46,605 nucleotides of DNA. Source: Gammaproteobacteria bacterium. GTDB taxonomy: Bacteria; Pseudomonadota; Gammaproteobacteria; UBA1113. Location of the stretch: NCBI GenBank assembly GCA_009885935.1, contig VFJT01000118.1, forward strand, positions 1 to 46,605, in the 5' to 3' direction. The translations under genes and the position numbers were made by a program. The notes below the pieces were generated by a model. It was not told the origin of the DNA. It worked only from the letters and a program-made list of their open reading frames with translations, and ran no database searches. Below, in pieces: positions 18,085 through 26,895 of the stretch (the stretch's first letter is position 1; each line of letters starts with the position of its first letter).

Positions 18085-19410
18085 TTAATTGGTATGGGAA
18101 GGCATCTTTATGAGAGTTGGAACCATAGGAATATTAACTGTACCACTACTTGGCGTTTCAGTAGCAAAAAATGAATAAAACGCTTTACTGACTGTAGAAG
18201 CTACTCTAGAAATTTTAGCACCGGCCTCCTCCTTAAGATCCTTAGCATAATCAAGCCTCGTATATTGAAGCCTTGCCTGCTTGTTCATTAACGCTTCCTT
18301 GTGTTCTTCAGAAAGGTAAGTTTGTGCGTGTGTAGAGTTTAAGTTGCTTGTTTTGCTCTCTAGAGCTGTTTGTAAAAGTGCCTCTACACCGTTAAGCTTG
18401 GCATGCTCTCGTGCCGCCTTGGTATACTTATCCTCTAATACCTCACCGAGTTTCACCATACCCACAGCCAGCGTACCAATAAGCAACCCAAGTCCAATTA
18501 TAACGGGCAAATAGGGTGCAACCGCGACAATTGCCGTTGCAGCAATAGCCACAGTAGCAATAACCGCCACTATAGCCACTCCCGTCATCACCACCGCAGC
18601 GGCCCCTAAAACAGGAAGTTCTTTCTTACAGCTTTTTACTTTTTCTTCTTGCTCATCGATTAATGATTGAGCAAGAGCGGTTTTTTGTTGCTCATCTTCT
18701 AAAATTATTGCACCTTGACCATTAACAGGAGTTGCAAGTTTATTTTCTTTCCTGATGACGTTAAACCTGTCATCTAACTCTGACATCTCGGCTTGATCTG
18801 TAGCTTGAGTTCTAGCAAAACTCAACAAAGCATCCACTTGGGTTATCAGAAGATTTATTTTTTGATTGATCTCGATTGGATTCGCTTTAGCTGTAGTATC
18901 CGCCTGCAATGCTTCTATTTCTGCTATCTTTTCTTCAGCTAAATACAGCGGATTTGTTCTAAGTTGAGCAAGAGAATACTCATGACATTTTTCTGCAAAA
19001 GAAATCCAAGCGCTCGCAGCAAACCCTATGGCACCCAGAGCAGGCATACCCAGCGCGAGTCCTACTACCGTTAAAGCCGTCAACTGTGCGGCAGAAAATA
19101 AGTGGGCTTTATCCCAATCACTCAATTCAGATTTAGACAATGCAGCTGTGGACTCAAAGCCCGCATCATTAAAGTTCCAAAGGGAAGGATAAGTTTTTTC
19201 TATAATTCCAACTGTTTTTTCTATTACTGGTCCTACTTTAGGGATGAGGGAAGCGAGTGGGCGCAGTACTTTAAGTAGGGGTAAAACAGTGCCTGTAAAA
19301 AAAGCAAGACGTGCCGCATCATTTGCCATCGATGCAAGTTTTTTCAGCATATCTTCAAGCAGATCTTCTATTTGTTGTAGTAGACCTTTTTCATCTAGCT
19401 CACCAGCCAT
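18085..19410 (-). CDS. Hypothetical membrane protein with hydrophobic hairpins and coiled coil; effector-like
   Basis: 441-aa ORF; AGGTGA SD before the ATG; two long hydrophobic segments (LTVVGLALGMPALGAIGFAA; VLGAAAVV...LAVGM). Confidence 0.7.
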   Translation of the reverse strand: MAGELDEKGLLQQIEDLLEDMLKKLASMANDAARLAFFTGTVLPLLKVLRPLASLIPKVGPVIEKTVGIIEKTYPSLWNFNDAGFESTAALSKSELSDWDKAHLFSAAQLTALTVVGLALGMPALGAIGFAASAWISFAEKCHEYSLAQLRTNPLYLAEEKIAEIEALQADTTAKANPIEINQKINLLITQVDALLSFARTQATDQAEMSELDDRFNVIRKENKLATPVNGQGAIILEDEQQKTALAQSLIDEQEEKVKSCKKELPVLGAAAVVMTGVAIVAVIATVAIAATAIVAVAPYLPVIIGLGLLIGTLAVGMVKLGEVLEDKYTKAAREHAKLNGVEALLQTALESKTSNLNSTHAQTYLSEEHKEALMNKQARLQYTRLDYAKDLKEEAGAKISRVASTVSKAFYSFFATETPSSGTVNIPMVPTLIKMPSHTN

Positions 19411-19630
19411 ACGCTCACCTTCACTATAACTTCTAATAATTAATCTAGCTTTTAAGGCACAATTTTGTACTATTTTAACACAATAATCGTTTTAATTGCA
19501 ACATTTTTGGACAGTTTTGCGCTTTAAAAACGTAACGTGTTGATTTATAAATAAAATGTTATTTGATTTGTTTGAATGGTCTATGGATAAATGACGCAAA
19601 ATGATTAGATATTTGTGCATATTTGGACAT

Positions 19631-19656
19631 GGGCAGGCACGGGGGCCTGCCCCTAC
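19631..19656 (-). repeat. GTAG-type REP (family A), singleton
   Basis: GTAGGGGCAGGCCCCCGTGCCTGCCC, identical to 30078-30103 and 31264-31289. Confidence 0.92.
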
Positions 19657-19720
19657 GTTCTTTCTTGCATCTTCAAGTATAATGGAATATATCCATAACC
19701 TATAAAGGCAATAGCAGATA

Positions 19721-20032
19721 ATGATAAATTGGTTCTATTTATTTCTCGCAGGTGTTTGTGAAATCGGCTGGCCTGTAGGCTTGAAACTCGCACTAAACAA
19801 TCGTTGGTGGGCTGTGTTTGCTATTGCCACCATGGCGATAAGTGGCTTCTTGCTGTTTTTGGCACAAAAAACGATCCCTATGGGTACCGCTTACGCTGTT
19901 TGGACAGGCATAGGCGCCGTAGGTGCCTTTGTGGTGGGTATCATCTGGTTTGAAGATCCGGCAACTGCTGCACGCATGGTAGCAGTGGGCTTTATCGTCA
20001 TCGGCATTGTCGGGTTAAAATTGGCGGCATAA
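19721..20032 (+). CDS. Small multidrug resistance (SMR) transporter, Gdx/SugE-like
   Basis: 103 aa, 4 TM; W.YL.LAG.CEI.W..GLK and IPMGTAYAVWTGIG. Confidence 0.9.
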   Translation: MINWFYLFLAGVCEIGWPVGLKLALNNRWWAVFAIATMAISGFLLFLAQKTIPMGTAYAVWTGIGAVGAFVVGIIWFEDPATAARMVAVGFIVIGIVGLKLAA

Positions 20033-20036
20033 ATAC

Positions 20037-20060
20037 GGGCGGCTCAGGAGCCGCTCTTAC
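20037..20060 (-). repeat. GTAG-type REP variant (family B), possibly acting as terminator of the SMR gene
   Basis: gggcggctcaggagccgctcttac hairpin 4 nt after the stop codon. Confidence 0.7.
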
Positions 20061-20072
20061 TCTTTAGAAATT

Positions 20073-20130
20073 TTACGCTTCTAGTAGTGCCGCTAAATTG
20101 CTTGATTCTTTTTTTTAAGTTAGTTAAAAT
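20073..20130 (+). promoter_or_regulatory. 58-bp direct repeat copy 1 containing a predicted sigma70 promoter
   Basis: 54/58 identical to 21834-21891; TTGATT (20102-20107), 17 bp, TAAAAT (20125-20130). Confidence 0.8.
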
Positions 20131-20163
20131 CAGGATTATTGAGTATATTCCCCCCCTTTCAGA

Positions 20164-20201
20164 TCAGATGATGTATGGAATAACTTCCATGCATCATCTG
20201 A
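20164..20201. promoter_or_regulatory. 17-bp-arm inverted repeat in the leader of the AlbA_2 gene (operator or RNA hairpin)
   Basis: TCAGATGATGTATGGAA-TAAC-TTCCATGCATCATCTGA, 16/17 complementary plus one U-G pair. Confidence 0.65.
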
Positions 20202-20225
20202 AGTCAACACCAAAAAAACGAGCCT

Positions 20226-21782
20226 ATGGGGGATCGTAAAATGTCTAACCGTCTACCCCTTACTTTGAACAATCTGTTATATCAACGTAAAGTTGAAAGC
20301 GATCGCATTGAATACAAGGCTGGCTGGAATCCTGATTCAATTATTCGCACGCTCTGCGCATTCGCCAATGATTTTGAAAACCTTGGTGGCGGTTATATTG
20401 TGCTTGGGCAAGATTGTGATGTTCACGGCCAGCCCCTATTTCCGCCTGCGGGTCTGCCAAACAAGCAGCTCGACAAGATCCAACAAGAATTACTGGCTGC
20501 TTGCCAACTCATTCAACCACCTTACTTTCCTACGTTAACGATAGAAACAGTGGAAGACCGCGAGCTTATCGTCTTAAGAGCCCCAGGCGGAATGCACCGA
20601 CCGTATAAATCCCCAGCGTCCATTAAAGCAAAATATAAAACTTGGCACTACTACATCCGCCGCTATAGCAATACAATTGAAGCAAAAGGGGAAGACCAAC
20701 GAGAACTACTGAATCTAACCGCCAAGATACCATTCGACGACGGTTACGCACAACATGCGCAGATCAATGATTTATCCAAGCCACTGATGTTGGCGTATTT
20801 GCATGAAGTGGGCAGCACGTTGGCCGATGATACCGTTAATACATCGGTAGAAAGTCTAGGATGGCAAATGAACCTGTTGGGTGGACCTAGAGAATTGCCC
20901 TGGCCAAAAAATGTTGGCCTATTATTTTTCAATGAAACACCCGATCGCTTTTTTCCATACACACAAATTGATGTGGTATGGTTTCCAGAAGGCGCAAATG
21001 GTAACCGTTTTGATGAAAAAATATTTAAAGGCCCTCTGGATCGCATGACACGTGAAGCACTTGACTATATTCAACGCAATTATTTGCATCAAACGATTCT
21101 CAAGCACCCCAATCGAGCAGAAGCCACTAGAGTATGGAACTTCCCTTATGCAGCAATTGAAGAAGCGGTAGTCAATGCAGTTTATCATCGTTCCTATGAA
21201 GAACGCGAACCCATTGAAGTACGTATCAGTCGTAGTGAATTGGTAGTTCTAAGTTTTCCAGGGCCCGATCGCTCTATTCGATTGGCAGACTTTTCAGCGG
21301 GCCGCGCCGTAAGTCGCCGTTACCGCAATCGACGTATTGGTGAATTTTTAAAAGAACTAGAACTAACCGAAGGACGTTCAACAGGTGTACCCAAAATTTT
21401 AAAGGCCATGGCTGATAATGGGTCGCCTGCGCCGCTATTTGAAACCGATGATGATCGCTCTGCTTATGTAATTCGGCTACCAGCGCATCCATTGGCAGAA
21501 AGCCCCACCATGGAAGTCACCATGGAAGTCACCATGGAAGTCACCATGGAAATTGCGACCTTACTCAAGGCTATTAAAGGAGAGATGAGCCGCCAAGCGC
21601 TGCAAAACGCAATAGGTCTAAAAAATGCTGATTATTTCCGTAAAGCGTATGTACTACCGGCTATTACCGCGGGATTCCTGGAAATGACCCTACCAAACCA
21701 GCCCAAAAGCAGCTTACAGCGCTACCGTCTAACGAATCAGGGAAAACAATGGGTCTACAGAAAAAAGTCACGGAAAAAATAA
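20226..21782 (+). CDS. AlbA_2 (Schlafen-like) / HATPase_c_4 / C-terminal winged-helix protein
   Basis: ESDRIEYK..W, TLCAFAND...GGGYIVLG (AlbA_2); EAVVNAVYHRSY, YRNRRIGEFLKEL.LTEGRSTG (HATPase_c_4); GEMSR..LQ..IGLK...FR...P....G.LEMT.P..P.S..QRYRLT (wHTH). Likely start 20241. Confidence 0.85.
   Translation: MGDRKMSNRLPLTLNNLLYQRKVESDRIEYKAGWNPDSIIRTLCAFANDFENLGGGYIVLGQDCDVHGQPLFPPAGLPNKQLDKIQQELLAACQLIQPPYFPTLTIETVEDRELIVLRAPGGMHRPYKSPASIKAKYKTWHYYIRRYSNTIEAKGEDQRELLNLTAKIPFDDGYAQHAQINDLSKPLMLAYLHEVGSTLADDTVNTSVESLGWQMNLLGGPRELPWPKNVGLLFFNETPDRFFPYTQIDVVWFPEGANGNRFDEKIFKGPLDRMTREALDYIQRNYLHQTILKHPNRAEATRVWNFPYAAIEEAVVNAVYHRSYEEREPIEVRISRSELVVLSFPGPDRSIRLADFSAGRAVSRRYRNRRIGEFLKELELTEGRSTGVPKILKAMADNGSPAPLFETDDDRSAYVIRLPAHPLAESPTMEVTMEVTMEVTMEIATLLKAIKGEMSRQALQNAIGLKNADYFRKAYVLPAITAGFLEMTLPNQPKSSLQRYRLTNQGKQWVYRKKSRKK
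21506..21551 (+). repeat. In-frame 12-bp tandem repeat (CACCATGGAAGT, about 3.8 units) encoding (TMEV)n
   Basis: Read directly from the sequence. Confidence 0.95.
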
Positions 21783-21833
21783 ATTTTTGCGTTCGCTTGT
21801 TTAAAGCTATTTTCTGCTCATTGTCAAAAAAAC

Positions 21834-21891
21834 TTACCCTTCTAGTAGTGCAGCTAAATTGCTTGATTCTTTTTTTTAAGTTAGCTAGAAT
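21834..21891 (+). promoter_or_regulatory. 58-bp direct repeat copy 2, predicted queF promoter
   Basis: TTGATT (21863-21868), 17 bp, TAGAAT (21886-21891), 35 nt upstream of the queF ATG at 21927. Confidence 0.8.
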
Positions 21892-21926
21892 TGGGTTTCG
21901 TTACTATAAATTTGAAGATAAATACA

Positions 21927-22751
21927 ATGAATACTGTTTCTGAACTAGGCAAAAAAACCATTTACCCGCAAAGCTACAGTGCAGAATATCTGTGCCCTAT
22001 TTCCAGAACCGGCAAACGTCTAGAAATTGGCATTGATCCCGATGCACCCCCTTTTGTGGGTTTCGATTGCTGGAACCATTATGAAGTCTCATGGCTCAAT
22101 GAAAAAGGTAAGCCCATCGTCGCTATCGCCGAAATCATGTATGATTGCAATTCTCCTTTTATCGTTGAATCCAAATCATTGAAACTCTATTTTAACTCGT
22201 TTAATCAATTTAAGTTTAAATCTGCGGACGAGGTCATCCAAACCATTCAAAATGATTTGGAACCTAGGCTGAAAACCGCCGTAACCGTGACACTGCATGC
22301 ATTAAATTCAGCGCACAGTCCGACGATGAAAACAGCTTTTGCAGGAACGTGCTTAGATGAACTCGATATAGAATGTTCTACTTATAATACCGATCCTAAT
22401 TTTTTACACACCGAAAATACTGTAGTAAGCGAGAGCGTGTATTCTGATCTGCTCAAATCCAATTGTCTAGTCACCCACCAACCGGATTGGGGCAGTGTGC
22501 AGATCTGCTATGAAGGCAATAAAATCAATCATGCAGGTTTATTGCGTTATATCGTTTCTTATCGCAATCACAATGAGTTTCACGAACAATGCATCGAACG
22601 CATATTTGTAGATATTTTGAAACGCTGCCAACCTAAAAAATTATCTGTTTACGGGCGTTATACGCGACGCGGCGGATTGGATATCAACCCCTACCGTTCA
22701 ACCCATGCAGTGGATGTTCACGGCTTGAATTTTAGGTTGCCGCGACAGTAG
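21927..22751 (+). CDS. queF: NADPH-dependent 7-cyano-7-deazaguanine reductase (type II)
   Basis: W..YEVSWLNEKGKP, IVESKSLKLYFNSFN, LLKSNCLVTHQPDWG, EFHEQCIERIF, YTRRGGLDINP; ATG at 21927 preferred to the TTG at 21891, which overlaps the -10 box. Confidence 0.96.
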   Translation: MNTVSELGKKTIYPQSYSAEYLCPISRTGKRLEIGIDPDAPPFVGFDCWNHYEVSWLNEKGKPIVAIAEIMYDCNSPFIVESKSLKLYFNSFNQFKFKSADEVIQTIQNDLEPRLKTAVTVTLHALNSAHSPTMKTAFAGTCLDELDIECSTYNTDPNFLHTENTVVSESVYSDLLKSNCLVTHQPDWGSVQICYEGNKINHAGLLRYIVSYRNHNEFHEQCIERIFVDILKRCQPKKLSVYGRYTRRGGLDINPYRSTHAVDVHGLNFRLPRQ

Positions 22752-23694
22752 CTTGTGTTTGTGGTATTGCCACCTGCCCCACCACTTCTGCCACACCCGT
22801 TTCTTTCTCGGCTAAAGTGACTATTTTGTTTAAATCTACACTGGCGACACGCTCGGCCGTAGCATTTTTCAGTACCTCATTCCATAAACTATCGTAGCGA
22901 CCGGCATAATAGAAGCGGTCTTCGCGCAGCGGCCTGTGTGCTTCAAAATAAAGCTTACCCTTTAACCACCCTGCTTTGAAAGGTTGATCGACGATAGTCA
23001 CCTTGGTATCCACTGGAACCATATTAAATAATTGTTCCACATCTTCTGGATACATATTGATACAACCCGCACTGGTTCTACGTCCCACCACATAAGGATG
23101 ATTCGTGCCATGAATCAGATACGTAATATTGCTCAAACGCATCCTGTAAGCACCCAATGGATTGTCTGGGCCTGGAGGAATAACCTCAGGCATGGGTTTT
23201 CCTCTCTTGATCATATCCTCAGCAACCGACTGCGGCACACGCCACTCGGGATCTTTTGTCTTTTCAATGATGGTCAGCTCTCCAATAGGCGTCTGCCACG
23301 CATTGCCTATACGCCCTATGCCTACAGGAAATATCACCACAGTATTTGAACCCGGTGGATAGTAATACAGGCGTAACTCGGCTAAATTAACAACAATCCC
23401 CTCCCTAGGCGCATCCGGCAATATGGCTTGATGCGGCACCAATAATCGCGAAGCAGTGCTCATACGCAATGGATCCAGATAGGGATTGGCTTCCAACAAT
23501 TGGTAATAACCTATATCGTTACGCTGTGCAAAATTAGTGGCCGTATCCCCCATTTTGACCGCAGCATTTTTATCACTGCCGACTACAGTATCCCCATTAG
23601 CAGGCAGATTATAAACTGCAGCAAGCGCCGTAGGTGCTATTATTGCACCCAACAGGCCTGCTAAAAGTAGACAAACTAAATATCGTTTGGCCAT
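22732..23694 (-). CDS. L,D-transpeptidase (LysM-like + YkuD domain), paralog 2
   Basis: Signal peptide, EANP..DP, GIVVNLAELRLYYY, PGPDNPLG, YLIHGTN...TSAGCI; probable start MAKRY at 23694 (ORF track starts 23721). Confidence 0.92.
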   Translation of the reverse strand: MAKRYLVCLLLAGLLGAIIAPTALAAVYNLPANGDTVVGSDKNAAVKMGDTATNFAQRNDIGYYQLLEANPYLDPLRMSTASRLLVPHQAILPDAPREGIVVNLAELRLYYYPPGSNTVVIFPVGIGRIGNAWQTPIGELTIIEKTKDPEWRVPQSVAEDMIKRGKPMPEVIPPGPDNPLGAYRMRLSNITYLIHGTNHPYVVGRRTSAGCINMYPEDVEQLFNMVPVDTKVTIVDQPFKAGWLKGKLYFEAHRPLREDRFYYAGRYDSLWNEVLKNATAERVASVDLNKIVTLAEKETGVAEVVGQVAIPQTQATVAAT

Positions 23695-23717
23695 TTTGTA
23701 TTTACACTCCTTGTCTT

Positions 23718-24680
23718 TCAAGATGCGGCTTTAGTAGATCCATCAGCAGCAGCCACTGCTGGCTGGCCCGCCGCTAGACCGACAGCTTCTGGCACGCCCG
23801 TTTGTTTTTTAACTAAGCTCTGCACTTTACTCCAATCTACACTGGCAGCACGATTGGCCGTGGCGTCATTAATCGCTGCATTCCACAAACTATCGTAATG
23901 ACCCGCATAGGTAGCCCGTTGCTCACGCAATGGCTCATGGGCTTCAAAATAAAATTGACCATTTAACCATCCCGCTTTAAAGGGTTGATTCACAATAGTC
24001 ACCTTTGTACTCACCGGTACCAGTGCAAATAATTCTTCAATATCCTCTGGATACATACGGATACAACCAGCGCTGGTTCTACGGCCCACACCCTGAGGGC
24101 GGTTGGTACCGTGGATCAGATAAGTATAATTGCTAAGACGCATCATATAAGCGCCCAATGGGTTGTCTGGGCCTGCAGGAATGACTTCCGGCAGAATAAT
24201 GCCTCTTTTGGCCATATCCTCAGCCACCGACCGCGGCACGCGCCAATCTGGATCTTGTTTTTTCTGGATAACAGTCAGTTGCCCGGTCGGGGTTTGCCAG
24301 TTGCCACCCACACGGCCTATCCCTATAGGATAAGTCATGACCGTATTTGAACCCGGCGGATAATAATATAAGCGTAATTCGGCTAGATTAATCACGATGC
24401 CTACTCTAGGCGCATCAGGCAATATGAATTGATGTGGCACCAACAAACGCATCCCAGAGGGCAAACGCATTGGATCCAAGCGTGGATTAGCCTCCAGCAA
24501 TTCATAATACCCAGCATCATTGCGGCGTGCGAAAGCGCTTAAATTATCCCCTATCTTTACAGTGGCAACTTGGTTACTGCCCACTATAGTATCGCCATTT
24601 ATGGGCAAATTATAAACAATAGCAAACGCAGGCGTCATGACTAACACCAGTAAAACACAACACAACCATTTTTTTAACAT
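23718..24680 (-). CDS. L,D-transpeptidase (LysM-like + YkuD domain), paralog 1
   Basis: Same motifs, YLIHGTNRPQGVGRRTSAGCIRM; probable start MLKKW at 24680. Confidence 0.92.
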   Translation of the reverse strand: MLKKWLCCVLLVLVMTPAFAIVYNLPINGDTIVGSNQVATVKIGDNLSAFARRNDAGYYELLEANPRLDPMRLPSGMRLLVPHQFILPDAPRVGIVINLAELRLYYYPPGSNTVMTYPIGIGRVGGNWQTPTGQLTVIQKKQDPDWRVPRSVAEDMAKRGIILPEVIPAGPDNPLGAYMMRLSNYTYLIHGTNRPQGVGRRTSAGCIRMYPEDIEELFALVPVSTKVTIVNQPFKAGWLNGQFYFEAHEPLREQRATYAGHYDSLWNAAINDATANRAASVDWSKVQSLVKKQTGVPEAVGLAAGQPAVAAADGSTKAAS

Positions 24681-24757
24681 TAAATTACCCCCCAGCAACT
24701 ATGCATCATATAGTGTGCTGCCCTACAAATCAAATCACATATTGTGCATTGTTTTTC

Positions 24758-24814
24758 GTAGGGGCGGGCCCCTGTGCTCGCCCTGCCAGGGCAGACACGG
24801 GGGTCTGCCCCTAC
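24758..24814. repeat. REP doublet (REPIN-like): two inverted family-A REPs with a 5-nt spacer
   Basis: GTAGGGGCGGGCCCCTGTGCTCGCCC-TGCCA-GGGCAGACACGGGGGTCTGCCCCTAC. Confidence 0.92.
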
Positions 24815-24843
24815 GATAAGATCGCATCTACAAATAGAGACTA

Positions 24844-26889
24844 TCACCACAACAGCTTCCACGCCGAGGTCGCTTCAACGGCTTGTACATTCATACTTCT
24901 ATAGCAGGCTAATTCCTTAGCCAAGTTTTGCTTATCCATAGTACGGGCATACTGTAAGATACCACCTTGAAACGGAGGAAAGCCCGCACCAAAAACAACA
25001 CCGGCATCGACCAAGTCTACGCTATTCACTACAGCCTCATCTAAACATAAAAGAGCACGATTCAACATCCCTAAAAAGAATTGCCGTTCCAATACAGTCA
25101 ATTTTTCTGGATCTAACGCTGTCTTAGCGCGCACGCGTTTACCCTTAACATAATTATAAAACCCTTTTTGCGTTTTGCGCCCCAATTCGCCCTTATCTAC
25201 TTTGCCCTGCAACACCGCTTGTGCTGTTTTGGCGTCATCACCAATTAAATTTTTACTCACGGCCAGGCACACATCTAAACCCACTTGATCGGCTAATTCC
25301 AATGGCCCCATAGGCAAGCCCAAACAATGTCCAGCCGCATCAATCACTTGTATACTCTCTCCCGCAGCCAATGCCTTAAACCCTTCAGCAAAATAACCGC
25401 CTATAATTTGATTGACTAAAAACCCCGGCGCATCTTCCACCGGCAAAGGCAATTTTTTAATTTGTTTGACGAAAGCCGCCGCATAAGCAATAGTGGTTTT
25501 ATCCGTATGCTTACCCTTCACCACTTCAACCAAAGGCATATAAGCAACGGGATTAAAGAAATGTATGCCCACTAAACGCTGTGGCTGCGTTAATACGCTA
25601 GCGATATCCGCTAAGCGTAAACTAGAGGTATTGGTAGCAAAGATGGCATCAGGACGTGCACGTGCATCAATTTGTTTAAAAATCTCGTGTTTTAAAGCCA
25701 GATTTTCCACTGCGGCTTCTAAGATCAACTCTGCATGCGCAATACCGTCTCCGCTGGGATCCGGACACAATCTATCCACAGCGGCTTGTATCAAATGTTT
25801 TTTCTTTAATCGCTTTTTAGCCAGTTCATAGGTTCTAGACACTGCACTACCTAAGGCTTGCAAAGAAGGATCCTGTAAAGTTACGCGCAAGCCGTGCACA
25901 GCACACCAAGCGGCGATGTCACCCCCCATAACCCCCGCACCCACAATGTGTATATGCCGCACTTTAAAATCAGCTTCTTTACCCGTTGCTTTTAATTTTC
26001 CTTGCAAGAAAAAAACGCGCAATAAATTACGGCAAGTAGGCGTAGATAATAATGTACCGACAGATTCGGCTTCGGCAGCAAACGCTTTTTCTTCCAGTGT
26101 ACCTACATTGACCCAATTATCGATTAGCGCATAAGGTGCTGGATATTGCTCACTTTTTACTTTGGTCGCTAATTTTTTCTTAAATAAAGCCCCCAATAAA
26201 TTACGCACAAAAGGGATTTCCGTCACTTTATTCATCCAGCTATTTTTTTTCACTTTAGGTTTATGTTGAATATAATAAACTGCAGCCCGTCGTAGCTCGC
26301 GTAAAGGCATCACATCATCGACTAAACCTAATTTTTTAGCTTGTAACGCATCTACATTACGCCCTTCTAACACAAGCCCTATACCTTGAAATACGCCCAA
26401 TAAACGTATAGCCCGCACCGAACCCCCAAACCCAGGATGGATGCCTATTTTAACTTCGGGCAATCCTATTTGGGTATGTTTTTCATCGCTAGCAAGACGA
26501 TAATGACACGCTAAAGCTAACTCCGTACCACCCCCTAAACAAAAACCATTGATTGCTGCCACCACAGGGATAGGCAAGGCTTCAATTTGTGAAAATAGCG
26601 TTTGTGTTTTACGCATATGACTGACCGCATCATTCACATCATTAACCGCAGCAATTTCTTTAACGTCAGCACCGACAATAAAATCAGGCGCTTTATCCGA
26701 AATAAAGACTACGCCGCTAGTATTGTTTGGATTAGCTTTAATGTCTGCCACTATGGTTTCTAATTCTTGCAACACTGCAAAATTTAAAACATTGACCTCT
26801 TCATTGGCCACATTTAATGCCACCCATAAAATTTTATTTTCATCCTCATGCAAGGACCAATTTTTATAAACTTTTGTTTTAGCCATCAC
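24844..26889 (-). CDS. fadJ: Fatty-acid oxidation complex alpha subunit (enoyl-CoA hydratase / 3-hydroxyacyl-CoA dehydrogenase)
   Basis: FIVGAD, CLGGGTELALAC, GLPEVKIG, VGAGVMGGDIA, ATNTSS, GIHFFNPV, MGPLELADQVGLDV. Confidence 0.9.
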   Translation of the reverse strand: MMAKTKVYKNWSLHEDENKILWVALNVANEEVNVLNFAVLQELETIVADIKANPNNTSGVVFISDKAPDFIVGADVKEIAAVNDVNDAVSHMRKTQTLFSQIEALPIPVVAAINGFCLGGGTELALACHYRLASDEKHTQIGLPEVKIGIHPGFGGSVRAIRLLGVFQGIGLVLEGRNVDALQAKKLGLVDDVMPLRELRRAAVYYIQHKPKVKKNSWMNKVTEIPFVRNLLGALFKKKLATKVKSEQYPAPYALIDNWVNVGTLEEKAFAAEAESVGTLLSTPTCRNLLRVFFLQGKLKATGKEADFKVRHIHIVGAGVMGGDIAAWCAVHGLRVTLQDPSLQALGSAVSRTYELAKKRLKKKHLIQAAVDRLCPDPSGDGIAHAELILEAAVENLALKHEIFKQIDARARPDAIFATNTSSLRLADIASVLTQPQRLVGIHFFNPVAYMPLVEVVKGKHTDKTTIAYAAAFVKQIKKLPLPVEDAPGFLVNQIIGGYFAEGFKALAAGESIQVIDAAGHCLGLPMGPLELADQVGLDVCLAVSKNLIGDDAKTAQAVLQGKVDKGELGRKTQKGFYNYVKGKRVRAKTALDPEKLTVLERQFFLGMLNRALLCLDEAVVNSVDLVDAGVVFGAGFPPFQGGILQYARTMDKQNLAKELACYRSMNVQAVEATSAWKLLW

Positions 26890-26895
26890 TTTATC

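Noticed and set aside
19631-19656. Guanidine-II (mini-ykkC) riboswitch upstream of the Gdx-like SMR gene (hairpin with ACGG in the loop)
   Set aside because: Only one hairpin, the loop is ACGGGG, and the sequence is identical to REP copies at 30078 and 31264
21892-21926. preQ1 riboswitch before queF
   Set aside because: The leader is about 30 nt and no convincing preQ1 stem, loop and A-tail could be assigned
24637-24904. Short ORFs spanning the REP doublet (also 31095-31292 and 30587-30835)
   Set aside because: Open only because the GC-rich repeats or tRNA lack stops; they overlap real genes and have no coding support
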